From contig NW_025214005.1 in the NCBI RefSeq assembly GCF_004010195.1, positions 4,423 to 38,000 of the forward strand: 33,578 nt of DNA, written 5' to 3'. Position numbers and translations under genes: made by a program. The notes beneath the pieces are model-generated. The model searched no databases. It worked only from the letters and a program-made list of their open reading frames with translations, and was not told the DNA's origin. Of the stretch, positions 12,734-26,155 are shown piece after piece (positions within the stretch are counted from its first letter, which is position 1; the number at the start of each line of letters is the position of its first letter). The stretch comes from Chiloscyllium plagiosum. Lineage: Eukaryota.

Positions 12734-15700
12734 TGTCGCCCTGACTGTCGCCCTGACACACTCACACTAACTCCATCACTATCATAGTGATCCCCACACA
12801 CTAACCTCTTCACTGTCACACTGACCCCCTCGCACTAACTCCATCACCATCACACTACCCGCACATACTCAGTCCATCACTGTCACCCTCAATCCCTGAC
12901 TCTCACGTTGTCACCATCACATTGGCTCCATCAAACCCACTCTCTCACCGTCACCCTGATACCTTCACACTCACTCCGCCTCGATCACACTGAGCCCGTC
13001 ACACTCAGTCTGTCAGAGTAACCCTGACTCGTCACAGTCACAAGCACCCTGACCCACTCACACTCACTCAGTCACTATCAACCTGGCATCCTCACATTCA
13101 TTCACTCATTGTCAACCTGACCCCCAAGCACTAACTCCATCACAACCACACTACCTACCCTGCACTCAATCCATCACTCTCACCCACAACTCCCTGACAC
13201 TCACTTTGTCACCGTCACACTGAACCCCATCAGAATCACCGCCTGACCCACACCCTGATACCCTCACACTCACTCCATCTCTGTCACGCTGACCCCATCA
13301 CACTCAGTTCGTCACAATAACCCTGACCAGTCACAGTCATAGGCATCATGCCACCCTCACACTCACTCAGTCACCGTCACCGTGTCCCCTCACATTCACT
13401 CCGTCACTGTCACGCTGACCCCCTCACAATCACTCTATCATCCTGATCCTTCACACTCTCTCCATCACCATCACCCAAACCCAATCACACTCAGTCACCC
13501 CGCTATCCTGACCCCCTCACACTCAAAACCTCAATGCCATCCTGACCACCTCAACCTCACTCTGTCCGCTGACCATCTCAGACTCATTCCATCTCTGTCA
13601 TCCTGGCCACTTCACTCACTCTGTCATCGTCACCCTGACCCCATCACATTCACTGTCTCCCAGACACCTTGAACCCCCTCACATTCAAACCCTCAAAATC
13701 ATCCTGACCACCTCAGACTAACTCTGTCACTATGAACCTAACCCACTCGCACTCACTCTGTCAGCGACAACCTTACCCACTGCACGTAGTCAATCACCAT
13801 CACACTGAACATCTCACACTCACTCTGTCACTATCACCCTGACCTTCACACACTTACTCCATCACTATCAATCTGAACCCCACACATTCACACATTCACT
13901 ATCTTTCTGAAACACTCACACTCCCTCTGTAACTGTCATGCTGTCCACCTCACACTCATTCCATTACTGTCACCCTACCCTCCTCACACTCATTCTGTCA
14001 CCCCGATCCCCTCACACTCACTCTGGCATTTTCACCTTGACCTTCTCACATGCACTCCATAACCATCACACTGACCCTCTCACACTCATTCTGTCACCAT
14101 GACCAACTCACACTCAATCCGTCACCCTGAAACATTCTCTCCTTCACCAGCGGCCTGACACCCGCACACTCACTCCATCAGGGTCATCCGGATTCCCTCA
14201 CGCTCACGCCATACCTCTCAACATGATCTCCCCACACTCACCTGTCATTGTCACCCTTACCTCTGTTCATTCACTCCATCACTGTAATCTATGATTCCCT
14301 CACACTCACTCCATCACTGTAAACTTGGCACCCTCACATTCACTCTGCCACCATCACAATGACCCACTCACACTCACTCTATCACCGTCACCCTGAATGC
14401 ATCACACTCACACCTTCAATGTCACCTGACAGCCTCACACTCCCTACATCGCAGACACTCAGACCCCCTTATTCTCACTCCATCACTGTCACACTCTGTC
14501 ACACAATGTGTCACCATTACCATCAGCCTGACACCCTCACACTCAGGCCATCGCCCTTACCCAGATCTGATTACATTCACTCCATCATTGCTACCTATAA
14601 TCACTCCGTTGCTCTGACCCACTAATAATCACTCAACTGCCATCACAATTACCGCCTTATACTCAGAATATCACTGGCCCATGCATACCATAACATGCAC
14701 TCTCTCACTGTCACCCTGACCCAATCACACTGAGTAGGTTCCATCGCGCTTTTCTCCTTACACACACAACATCACTGTAACCTGAGCCTCTCACAATCAC
14801 GGCATCACCATCACCCTGATTCTTTCACACTCACTCTATCACTGTCACCCTGATCATCTCACACACACTCCGCCAGGGTAACCATAATACTTTCCCACTC
14901 ACTCCATCCCCCTCACCCTGACCTCCTCACGCTCATCCGTCACTGTCATCCTTACCTATTCACTTTCACTCCATCACCATAACCTATGACACCCTCAAAC
15001 TCACTCCGTCAGTATTACCCTGAAACCCTCAGAATCACTCCTTCACTGTCACCCTGACGTTCTCAAATTCAGTCACAGGCACCTTGACTCCTTCACACTC
15101 ACTTAATCACTGTCATCCTGTCCTCCTCACACACACTCAGGTACTGCCACCCTGACCCACTCGCACTAACACCATCAACATCACCCTATTCCCCCATCCT
15201 CGCTTTGTCACTGTCACCCTCACTCCGAAACTCACATTGGTACCGTCACACTGATCCCATCAGACCCACTCCATCACCGTCAAACTAACGCCCTCATACT
15301 CACTCTATCTCTGTCACGCTGAGCCCAATAACACTCAGTCCGACAAAGTAAACCTGTCGTCACAATCACAGGCACCCTGACCCCTCACACGTACTGAATC
15401 ACAATCACCGTGTAGACCTCACATTCACCCTGTCACCGTTTCCCTGATCCCCTCACACTCATTCCATCGCCATCACCCTGATACCTCACACTCACTCGGA
15501 CACAATAAACCTCCACCCTCATATTCACTCACTTACTGTCACACTGATCCCCCCACACACTCCTTCGCTGTGACCCTGACCTCCTCGCAACCACTCCTTC
15601 ATCCTGAGCCGCCCACACTCACTCTATCACTCTGATCCCCTCACACTCACTCCGTCACGTTCACCCTTATCATCTCACACACACTCCATCAGGGTCACTT

Positions 15701-18700
15701 GACACTCTCACACTCACTCCATCCCCCTCACCCTGGCCTCCTCACACTCATCCGTCACTGTCATCCTTACCTTCTCACATTCACTCCATCACCTTAACCT
15801 ATAACACACTCACACTCACTCTATCGCTGTCACCCTGACGCCCTTTAACTCAGTCACAGGTATCTTGACCCCTTCACACTCATTCAATCACTGTCATCCT
15901 GTCCTCCTCACACAAACTCAGGTACTCTCACCCTGACCCACTCGCACTAACTCCATCACCTTCAAGCTATTCCCCCTACCCTTGCTCTGTCACAGTCACA
16001 CTCACTCCGAAACTCACATTGATACCGTCACACTGATCCCATCACACTCACTCTCTCACCGTCACCCTAACACCTTGACATTCACTCTGTCTCTGTCACG
16101 CTGAGCCCATCACATTCAGTCCATCAAAGTAACCCTGTAGTGACAGTTATAGGCACTCTGACCCCTCAAATTCACTGAGTCACAATCAGCATATACTCCT
16201 GACATTCACTCTGTCACCGTTTCCCTGATCCCCCACACTCCTTCCATCACCATCACCCTGATACCTCACACACACTCGGACACAAGCAACCTAACCCCCT
16301 CACATTCACTCACTCGCTGTCACTCTGACCGACTCACACACACTCCTTCACTGTCACCCTGACCTCCTCGCAATCACTCCTTCATCCTGAGCCCCCACAC
16401 TCACACTATCACTACCACCCAGACCCAATTGCACACAGTGAACCCCGCCACCCTGACCCCGTCTCACTCAAACCCTCAATGTCATCCTGACCATCTCAAA
16501 CTTACTCTGTCCCCGGGCCACCTCACACTTCTCCACGTCTGTCACCATGACCCCCGCACACTCACTCCGTCACTGTCACCCTGACCTCATTACATTCACT
16601 TTGTAACCCAGACCCAATCACACTCAGTCCTCCCTGCCACCCTGACCCCCTCTCACTCAATCAATCACCGTCACCCTGACTCCATCACAGTCACTCCTTC
16701 AGCGATCCTCTTACACGCTCGCAAATAGTCAGTCACTGTCAACCTGAACAACTCACACTCACCTCTGTCACTTCACCCTGAAACCCTCGCACTCTCTCTG
16801 TAACTGTTCTGCTGCCCAGCCTCACAGAAACTACGTTCTGTCACTCTGATCCCCTCACACTCACTATGCCACTGTGATCCTGACCCTCTCTCACACACTC
16901 TGACAACATCACCCTGACCCCCTCACACTCACTCTGTCATTGTCACCCGGACCCTCTCACATTCTCTTCGTCACCCTCATGAACTCACACTCACTCTGTC
17001 ACCCTGAAACCCCTTACATTCACTCGGCTGTTATCACCCTGACTCTCTAACGCACATTTTGTCACCGTCACACTGAAACCCTCACTCTATTACATTAGTG
17101 TCATACTGACGCCCTCAGTCTCACTTCATCACAGTAACGCTGGCGCCCTCAAATTGTCTCCATCACTGTCACCCTAACACCTCACACACATACTCCATCA
17201 CCGACACACTGATCCCCTTACACTCTCTGTCATTGTCACACTAACACCCTCACACTCAATCTGTCATCGTCATTCTGACACCGTCACAAACCACCACCAG
17301 CCTGACACCCGCACACTCACTCCATCACCGACATACTGACCCCCTTACACTCACTCAGTTACCGTCACCCTGAACGCCCATCTCTCACTTGGTCACCGTC
17401 ATCTAACCTGCTCAGACTTACTCTGTTACTGTCATGCTCACTTGCTGACTTTCACTATGTTCCCCTCACCGTGACCCCATCAGACTCCCGCAATCACAGT
17501 CATCTTGAGCTCATCACACTCACTCCATCACCGTCAATCTGAATCGCTCACTCTCACGCCGTCACTCTGACTCTATCACATACATGCACCCTCCCTATCA
17601 CCCTGAACACTCAAAACCAATACGTCAGTGTCACGCTGACTCCCTCACACTCACTCTCCCAGGACCACCCTAATACCCTCACACTTCCTCTGTCACTGTC
17701 AACCGCAGCCCTCACACTCACTCCATCACACTGACCATCCTCATAAACACCCCGTCACTGTCACTCAGACCCTCTCACACTCACAATGTCACTGTCACTC
17801 TGAACCCCTCAAACTCACGTAGTCACAGGCAACCTTATCACACTCATTCCCTCACTGTCACCCTGACCCCTCGCACTATGTCCATTTCCATCACACTATA
17901 CCTCCAGACTCACTCAGTCACTGTCACCCTCAATTCCCTGACACTCACGTTGTCAACGTCACACTAACTCCATCAGACTCAGTCCGCCATTGTCACCCTG
18001 ACCATCTCACGCTCATTCTGTCACCAGCAACCTGATCTCTACACGCTAACTTTGTCACCGTCACACTGACCTCCTCACACTCACTCCATCCTGCCACCCT
18101 GACATCCTCAGTCTCACTCCGTCACTGTTACCCTGAACCCCTCAGTCTCACTCTATCACAGTAAGACTAGCACCCTCAAATTCTCTCCATCACTGTAACC
18201 CTGAATCCCTCACACTCACTCCATCTCTATCAACCTGACCTAACCAGACATCCTCCCTCACCATCCCCGTGATCCCATCACACTCACTCTGGAACTACCA
18301 CCATGGCCCTCAGACCCACTCTGTCGATGTCACCCTGGCTACTCACACACTCTCACTCCATCTCTGTAACTCCGACCACCTCACACTTACTCCACCAAAG
18401 TCACCCCAAACCCCCTTAAACTCATTTCATCGCTGTCAACCGGGCTACCTCACGCTCAGTCCTTCATCGTCATCCTAACACCCTCACACTCACTCTGAAA
18501 CTATCACCCTGAACCCTCACACTCACTCCGAAACTATCACCCTGAACCCTCACACTCACTCTGTCAATGTCACCCTGGTCTCCTCATGCTCACTCTGACA
18601 CTGTCACTCAGACGCAATCACAGGCACTTGGTCATTGTCACCCTGACACCCACACCCACACTCACTCTGGAACTATTACCCTGACCCATCAGACTCACTC

Positions 18701-21290
18701 CGTTGACGCCACCCTGGCCATATCGCACTTACTCCATCTTTGTTATTCTTGCCACATCACATTCACTGCATCAACCCGATTTCCTCATAACCACTCCACC
18801 TTCGTCACCGGGATTCCCTCGCACTCACTCCGTCACTCTCAGCCTAACCTCCTTGCCCACACATGCACTCGGTCACTGTCACCAAGACCCTCTCACACTC
18901 ACTGCATCACTGTCACCCTGACGCCTTCAATCTCACTCCATCACCTTTACCATGACCACCTCACACTCACTCCGTCACCCTGACACACTCACACTAACAC
19001 CATCATAGTCAACTCGACATTGTAATAATAACTCCTTCTCCGTCACCTAATCTCCACACACACTCCATCACCGTCAGACTGACCCCTCACACTTACTGCG
19101 TCACTGACACACTGACTCCCTCACACTCACTCCACTTTTGTCTCCCTGACTCACCAACATTCACTCTTTCACCATCACCCTGAAACCCTGATATTCACTT
19201 TGTCACCCTGATATTCTCACACTCCATAACCGTCTCCATCACCCATCACATTCTCTCTGTAACCCTGAGCTCCTCACACTCACTCTGTCATCCTGACCGC
19301 CTCCCACTTTCTCTGCTGTTGTCAGTCTGACCCTCTCACACTTACTCTGTCACCATCACCCTGACCCCCTCATACACACTCTGTCACTATCACCCTTACC
19401 CGCCTCACTCTTACTTCATGGCCCGCAACCTGATCTGATCAAATTCACATCATCACTGCAACCCTGACCACCTCACACTCACTCCGTTGCCTTTACCCAC
19501 ATACTATCACTCCACCCCCGTCATACTTACCGCCTTAGACTCAGTATTTCACTGGTTCACGCACACACTGACACCTTCTCTGTCACTGTCACCCTGACCC
19601 AATTACACTGAGTCCGTTTCATCACACATTTCTCCTCCATCACTCATTCCATCACTGTAACCTGAGCCACTCACACTCACTCCATTACTGTCACCCTTAC
19701 CCCCTCACGCTCCCTCCATCACTGTAATCTGTGCCACTCACACTCACTCTATTGCTGTCATTCTGAACCCCTCGTTCTCACACCATCACTGTCACCCTGA
19801 GCGCTTACATTCACTCTGTAACCTTCACCCCGAGTCCCTCACACTCAGTCCATCACTGTCACCTTTAACCCTTCAGTCTCAGTCCATCACAGTAACGTTG
19901 GCACCCTCAATCTCTCTCCATCACATCACTCTGACAACCTCACACTCACTCCATCACCATTGCCCTGACGCCATCACACTCACTCCATCACCATGACGCT
20001 GACGCCCTCAGTCTCACGCCGTCATCGTCACCCTGAACGCCTTAGTCTCACTCTGTTACCATTACCCTGAACGCCTCTCTCTTATTCTGTCACACGTCAT
20101 CGAAACTGATCATACTTACTCAGTCACTTTCACCCTCACTCGCTGACTCTCATTCTTGTCTCCATTACCCTGACCCCATCAGATGCACACACATTCGGGA
20201 ACTGCCAACCTGACCCCCTCGCACGCACTTCATCACTTGCATCCTGACCTCTATACGAGTGTAGTCTGTTACACACACCCTGTCCCCATCGAACTCCCTC
20301 CGTCACCCTGACCCCTAACACTCACTCCATTTCCCTCATCCTGACCCCTTCACACTCCATCCCTCACTGTCACCCCGACGACTTCACACTCACTCCATCA
20401 CTGTAACCTTGACGACCTCACACTCTCTTCATCACCATCACACTGACCCCACACATTCAATCTGTCACACAAACTCAATCACATCCAGTCCTCCCCGCCA
20501 TCCTGGCCCCCTCCCACTCAAATCCTCAAAGTCATCCTGACCACCCCAGACTCACGCTGTTACCCTGGCCACCTCACACTCGCTCCGTCACTGTCACCAT
20601 GAAGCCATCAAACTCACTCAGTTATAATAACTCTGACCCGCTCACACTCACTCCATCACCATCACCCAGACCCCTTCACACTCATTCCGTCACTGTCACC
20701 CTGACCCCCTGAAACCCAATCCCTCATTGTCACCCAGACCACCACACACACACTCCGTAACCATCACCGTGAACACCACACACTCACTCAGTCACTGCCA
20801 TCCTGATCTCCATACACTCACTCCATCACAGTAACCATGACCCCCTCACACTGTCAATTTCTTCCTGACCACCTCACACTCACTCCATCACTGTAACGCT
20901 GACCTCCTCACACACATTCCCTTACCATCATTGTGAACCCACACACTCCCTCCATCCCAGTCACCCTGACCGCCTCACACACACTCCATCACCGTCACCC
21001 TGACCCCTCACACTCACTCCGTCACTGTCCACTTGCCCCCTCACACTTACACCCTCACTGTCACCCTGATCCCATGACATTGACTACATCACCGTCAACC
21101 TTGCCCCCTCACAGACACTCTGTCACCGTCTTCCTGACCACCTCACACTCACTCCATCACTGTCACCCTGACCTCGTCTCTCTCACTCAGTGAACGTAAC
21201 TCTGAACCTCTCAACTCACTTCATCACTGTCACCTTGACCCCCTCACAGTCATTCCGTCACAGTCACGCTTACATTCGCATTCACTTCAT
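12734..21290. repeat. Degenerate C/A-rich satellite, 34-bp unit, right block with higher-order duplications
   Basis: Same unit as 8245-10929. Diagnostic variant blocks recur (e.g. cactccgaaactcacattg at 15221 and 16003), and near-exact 33-bp variant copies occur at ~18480-18560. Confidence 0.9.
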
Positions 21291-24200
21291 TGCACTGTCA
21301 CATTCACAACCGCCCTCACGCCCTTCCACCATCACACTCATTTCCTCACTCAATCCCCCACTATTACGCTCACTACTGTGCTCCCTCACCAGGACCCCAC
21401 ATGATCTCCGAACGTCACGCTCAATCTCACGCTTCCTTGACCAATTTGCCGCTCACTCCAGTGCATAACCCCCCACTGTCAAGCTCACTCACCCCCACAC
21501 TTTCCCACCCTCACGCTCGATCTCCCGCACACTTGCTTAGCACCAAACTCATCCCCTTACACGTTCTCCTACATTCTTACTCATTCCCCTCCACACTGCC
21601 CGACCATAACACTCACTCTCCTGTGCATGCACACAGAGTCGCAGTCCCTCACCTGCACAATCCCTCACTGTCAAGATCACTTCCCTGCATGCTCCCCAAT
21701 CTTTTCTCTTACTCATGCAAGTGGTCTCCCGCCATCATGCTCTCTTTCTGGCACACACCCCAACCATCACGTTCACTCCCCTGTACACTCCCCCACCGAC
21801 ATGCTCACTTCTCTGCACACGCCTCCACCGTTATGCTCATATTTTTGCACATTCGTCCACCATCACTCTCACTTCACTGCAGTCTCCCCAACACAATGCT
21901 CACTCCCCGACACAGTCCGCCACCATCACCATCACTCCGCTGCACNNNNNNNNNNNNNNNNNNNNNNNNNNNNNNNNNNNNNNNNNNNNNNNNNNNNNNN
22001 NNNNNNNNNNNNNNNNNNNNNNNNNNNNNNNNNNNNNNNNNNNNNNNNNNNNNNNNNNNNNNNNNNNNNNNNNNNNNNNNNNNNNNNNNNNNNNNNNNNN
22101 NNNNNNNNNNNNNNNNNNNNNNNNNNNNNNNNNNNNNNNNNNNNNNNNNNNNNNNNNNNNNNNNNNNNNNNNNNNNNNNNNNNNNNNNNNNNNNNNNNNN
22201 NNNNNNNNNNNNNNNNNNNNNNNNNNNNNNNNNNNNNNNNNNNNNNNNNNNNNNNNNNNNNNNNNNNNNNNNNNNNNNNNNNNNNNNNNNNNNNNNNNNN
22301 NNNNNNNNNNNNNNNNNNNNNNNNNNNNNNNNNNNNNNNNNNNNNNNNNNNNNNNNNNNNNNNNNNNNNNNNNNNNNNNNNNNNNNNNNNNNNNNNNNNN
22401 NNNNNNNNNNNNNNNNNNNNNNNNNNNNNNNNNNNNNNNNNNNNNNNNNNNNNNNNNNNNNNNNNNNNNNNNNNNNNNNNNNNNNNNNNNNNNNNNNNNN
22501 NNNNNNNNNNNNNNNNNNNNNNNNNNNNNNNNNNNNNNNNNNNNNNNNNNNNNNNNNNNNNNNNNNNNNNNNNNNNNNNNNNNNNNNNNNNNNNNNNNNN
22601 NNNNNNNNNNNNNNNNNNNNNNNNNNNNNNNNNNNNNNNNNNNNNNNNNNNNNNNNNNNNNNNNNNNNNNNNNNNNNNNNNNNNNNNNNNNNNNNNNNNN
22701 NNNNNNNNNNNNCCCACGGTCATGCTCACTCCCCAATCAGACACACACCCCTGCACACTGCCCCACCGTTACGCCCAATCCCCTCCCACACACACCCCTA
22801 CGGAGCATTCAGTACCATGTACACTCCCTACCATCACACACACTGCCCTGCACACTGCTCTGCTTTACGGTCATTCCCCTCACACTCCACCAACAGCACA
22901 TTGACTTTCACGCACTCTCCCTCACCCTCACACTCACTCACCTGCACACATTAGCATCATCACACTCACGCCCCCCACCCACTTCTACAATGTCACTCTC
23001 CCTCCCCGTGCATACTCCCACCATCAGAATCCCGCCCTTGCACACTCTCCCACCGTCACTCCCCCAAACATTCCCGCACGTTCATGCTCACTCCTCACAC
23101 ACATCCCACCCTGACGCTGACTCCCTGACACAGTCCTCTACCAACATGCCTACTTCCCGCTCACTCCCTCACCATCACGTTCACAACTCCATCCACACTA
23201 ACACTGTCAGAATCAATCCCTCACACAATTCCCCCACTATCATACTCACTCTCTCTTGCTTCCCGACTGTTATACCCACTCCCACGCACACTCCCTCGCC
23301 ATCACTCTCACCCATGTATTCCCCCTTCATCAAACGCACTCTATCCTCATCGTGCGGACTCCCCACAAACTCTGCCAACATTACACACATTCCCCAATGC
23401 ATTCTGCCACTGTCACTCTCACCTCCCAAACACTGTTTCATCATCACGGTCACTCTCCATGCACACCCCCACTGTCACACTGACTCACTAGCATACGCTC
23501 CCACCATCACACTCACTCACCCGCACACTCCTCCACTGTCACGCTTTCTCACCGACACACGACCCCATGGTCACGCTCACTGTCTCACACTCCCGCAATG
23601 TCGCACTCACTCAGCAGGATTCTTCACCAACATCACACTCACTCCCCTGCATACTCCAATATCATCATGTTCACTCCCTGCACTCTGTCCCTTGGTCTCA
23701 CACACACTCCCGCAATCACTCCACCATCACACTCACTCCCAAACATTACTGGATACTCTCATTCACCTCCCCGCACATTTGNNNNNNNNNNNNNNNNNNN
23801 NNNNNNNNNNNNNNNNNNNNNNNNNNNNNNNNNNNNNNNNNNNNNNNNNNNNNNNNNNNNNNNNNNNNNNNNNNNNNNNNNNNNNNNNNNNNNNNNNNNN
23901 NNNNNNNNNNNNNNNNNNNNNNNNNNNNNNNNNNNNNNNNNNNNNNNNNNNNNNNNNNNNNNNNNNNNNNNNNNNNNNNNNNNNNNNNNNNNNNNNNNNN
24001 NNNNNNNNNNNNNNNNNNNNNNNNNNNNNNNNNNNNNNNNNNNNNNNNNNNNNNNNNNNNNNNNNNNNNNNNNNNNNNNNNNNNNNNNNNNNNNNNNNNN
24101 NNNNNNNNNNNNNNNNNNNNNNNNNNNNNNNNNNNNNNNNNNNNNNNNNNNNNNNNNNNNNNNNNNNNNNNNNNNNNNNNNNNNNNNNNNNNNNNNNNNN

Positions 24201-25320
24201 NNNNNNNNNNNNNNNNNNNNNNNNNNNNNNNNNNNNNNNNNNNNNNNNNNNNNNNNNNNNNNNNNNNNNNNNNNNNNNNNNNNNNNNNNNNNNNNNNNNN
24301 NNNNNNNNNNNNNNNNNNNNNNNNNNNNNNNNNNNNNNNNNNNNNNNNNNNNNNNNNNNNNNNNNNNNNNNNNNNNNNNNNNNNNNNNNNNNNNNNNNNN
24401 NNNNNNNNNNNNNNNNNNNNNNNNNNNNNNNNNNNNNNNNNNNNNNNNNNNNNNNNNNNNNNNNNNNNNNNNNNNNNNNNNNNNNNNNNNNNNNNNNNNN
24501 NNNNNNNNNNNNNNNNNNNNNNNNNNNNNNNNNNNNNNNNNNNNNNNNNNNNNNNNNNNNNNNNNNNNNNNNNNNNNNNNNNNNNNNNNNNNNNNNNNNN
24601 NNNNNNNNNNNNNNNNNNNNNNNNNNNNNNNNNNNNNNNNNNNNNNNNNNNNNNNNNNNNNNTCCAACGTACTGCCTCCCCCACACTCTCCCCTCAACGT
24701 TACGCTCTCTCTTCCCCCACATGCCCACATTACCATGCTCACTCATCCCGCGCAGTTCCCCAACATTATGCTCAATCCTCGTACACTTCATTACCATAAC
24801 GCCGACCCTGATGCACACTCCACACCATCACACTCACTCACCCACACACTCCCTCATCATCACGTTTACTTCCCATACACTCTATTCCACTGTGGCACGC
24901 TCTACCCTTCCCACGCCAACACCATAGCCCCCACTCCTCTGCACAATTCCCCACCATCATGCGCCATCATCGTCAAACTCACTCCCTGGCACATTCCCCC
25001 GCCATTACTCTCCCTCCCCACATATTCATACTGCTTCACTCTCTCTTCCCCGTAAACGTCCACATTATCATGTTCACTCCATCTGAATACTTCACCACCA
25101 TCCCACTCAGTATCCTGCACACTACCCCACGGTGCCACTCAATCACCCCGCACAGTCTCCTACCATCATGTTCATTCCACGTACACTCCAGCACCGTCAC
25201 ACCTACTCGAATGCACAGTCAATACCGTCACGTTCTACCGCCTGGATTCTCCCTCACCATTACGCTCACTCACTCGCACACTCCCTACCCAAAGCATTGG
25301 TCATGTAACCCTCCCTAGTT
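21290..25320. repeat. Related C/A-rich satellite, ~32-bp unit (ctgcacactcccccaccatcacgctcactccc), with two gaps
   Basis: The (c/t)tg(c/t)acac landmarks at 21781, 21813 and 21845 give a period of 32. The array continues on both sides of gaps 21946-22712 and 23782-24662. Confidence 0.8.
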
Positions 25321-25849
25321 CATTCTCTCGAACTGGTCTTTGATCACACTCCCACTCAGATCAATGAACATCAACAATGGGCTCCACACAGTCTCTTCCG
25401 TGAGCAACAGCCTGACACGCCACATTCATCTTTGCTCCCCCAGCATAGGCTTGAATATCCACACCCCTCTTCTGTTCCCCCAGCAATGGAATGTAAAGAG
25501 AGGATTCGGTGAATAGAGAATTGGAGAGAGGGTGTTTGGGAGGTAATGACTGCAGAACGCAGAGAGCGCAGGAGAGAGGGGAATGGATGAATCGTGAAAT
25601 AGACTTTAAATGGAAGACGGAGTGAGTGAAACAGAGTAACAGTGTGAGCATGGGGGGGAGATATGGATGGAGAGGGAAAATGTCAGAGAGATTAATTATG
25701 CAGAAGGCCAGGTCAAAGTGGGGGTATGCAGAGGTGAAAGCAAGGACAGAGTGACTTAAACCCAACTGCTGAGTTCAGGCCCACTCCCTCCCCTTCCTGT
25801 GGACGAGGTCTTGGGGCTGAGTCTGTCTCTCCCCAGCTCAGCTTCTTCA

Positions 25850-25901
25850 AAGCAAAAGCAAGCAACAATACCAATCACTCTGCTGCTTGGCGCTTTTTAA
25901 T
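25850..25901 (-). terminator. Candidate polyadenylation signal (ATTAAA at 25901-25896) with downstream GT/T-rich element for the GPCR gene
   Basis: The minus strand reads ATTAAAaagcgccaagcagcagaGTGATTGGTATTGTTGCTTTTGCTTTG, about 255 nt downstream of the GPCR stop codon. Confidence 0.45.
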
Positions 25902-26155
25902 GAACAGTTTTGATATTTACAAATTGAAGTGATGGAGTACAGTCAGTGGAATGTTGCCTTTGCTCATTTGCCCATAAGTTGTGAAAAGCATTCTAATGTG
26001 CCCCTGTAGCCCCACTGTGGGGTAATGTTGGACAGACCAGAGCTACCCTCAGTCTGTTAACATCGAGACAGACTGCTTCATCTCTGAAACTCTGAACTGA
26101 TATGAGGAAATCCTGAATGGACTGATTATCGACTGAATTTGATTGATTGATGAAT

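Noticed and set aside
8245..21290. ~34-bp periodic array as a possible CRISPR array or coding repeat
   Set aside because: There is no conserved repeat / unique spacer alternation and no cas genes, and the context is eukaryotic. The 3n+1 unit puts a TGA in frame every third monomer.
21715..24927. 1070-aa ORF and overlapping long His/Thr/Pro/Ser-rich ORFs resembling a mucin or histidine-rich protein
   Set aside because: About half is N gaps, and the rest is translation of the 32-bp satellite. The unit is not a multiple of 3, and stops are rare only because of base composition.
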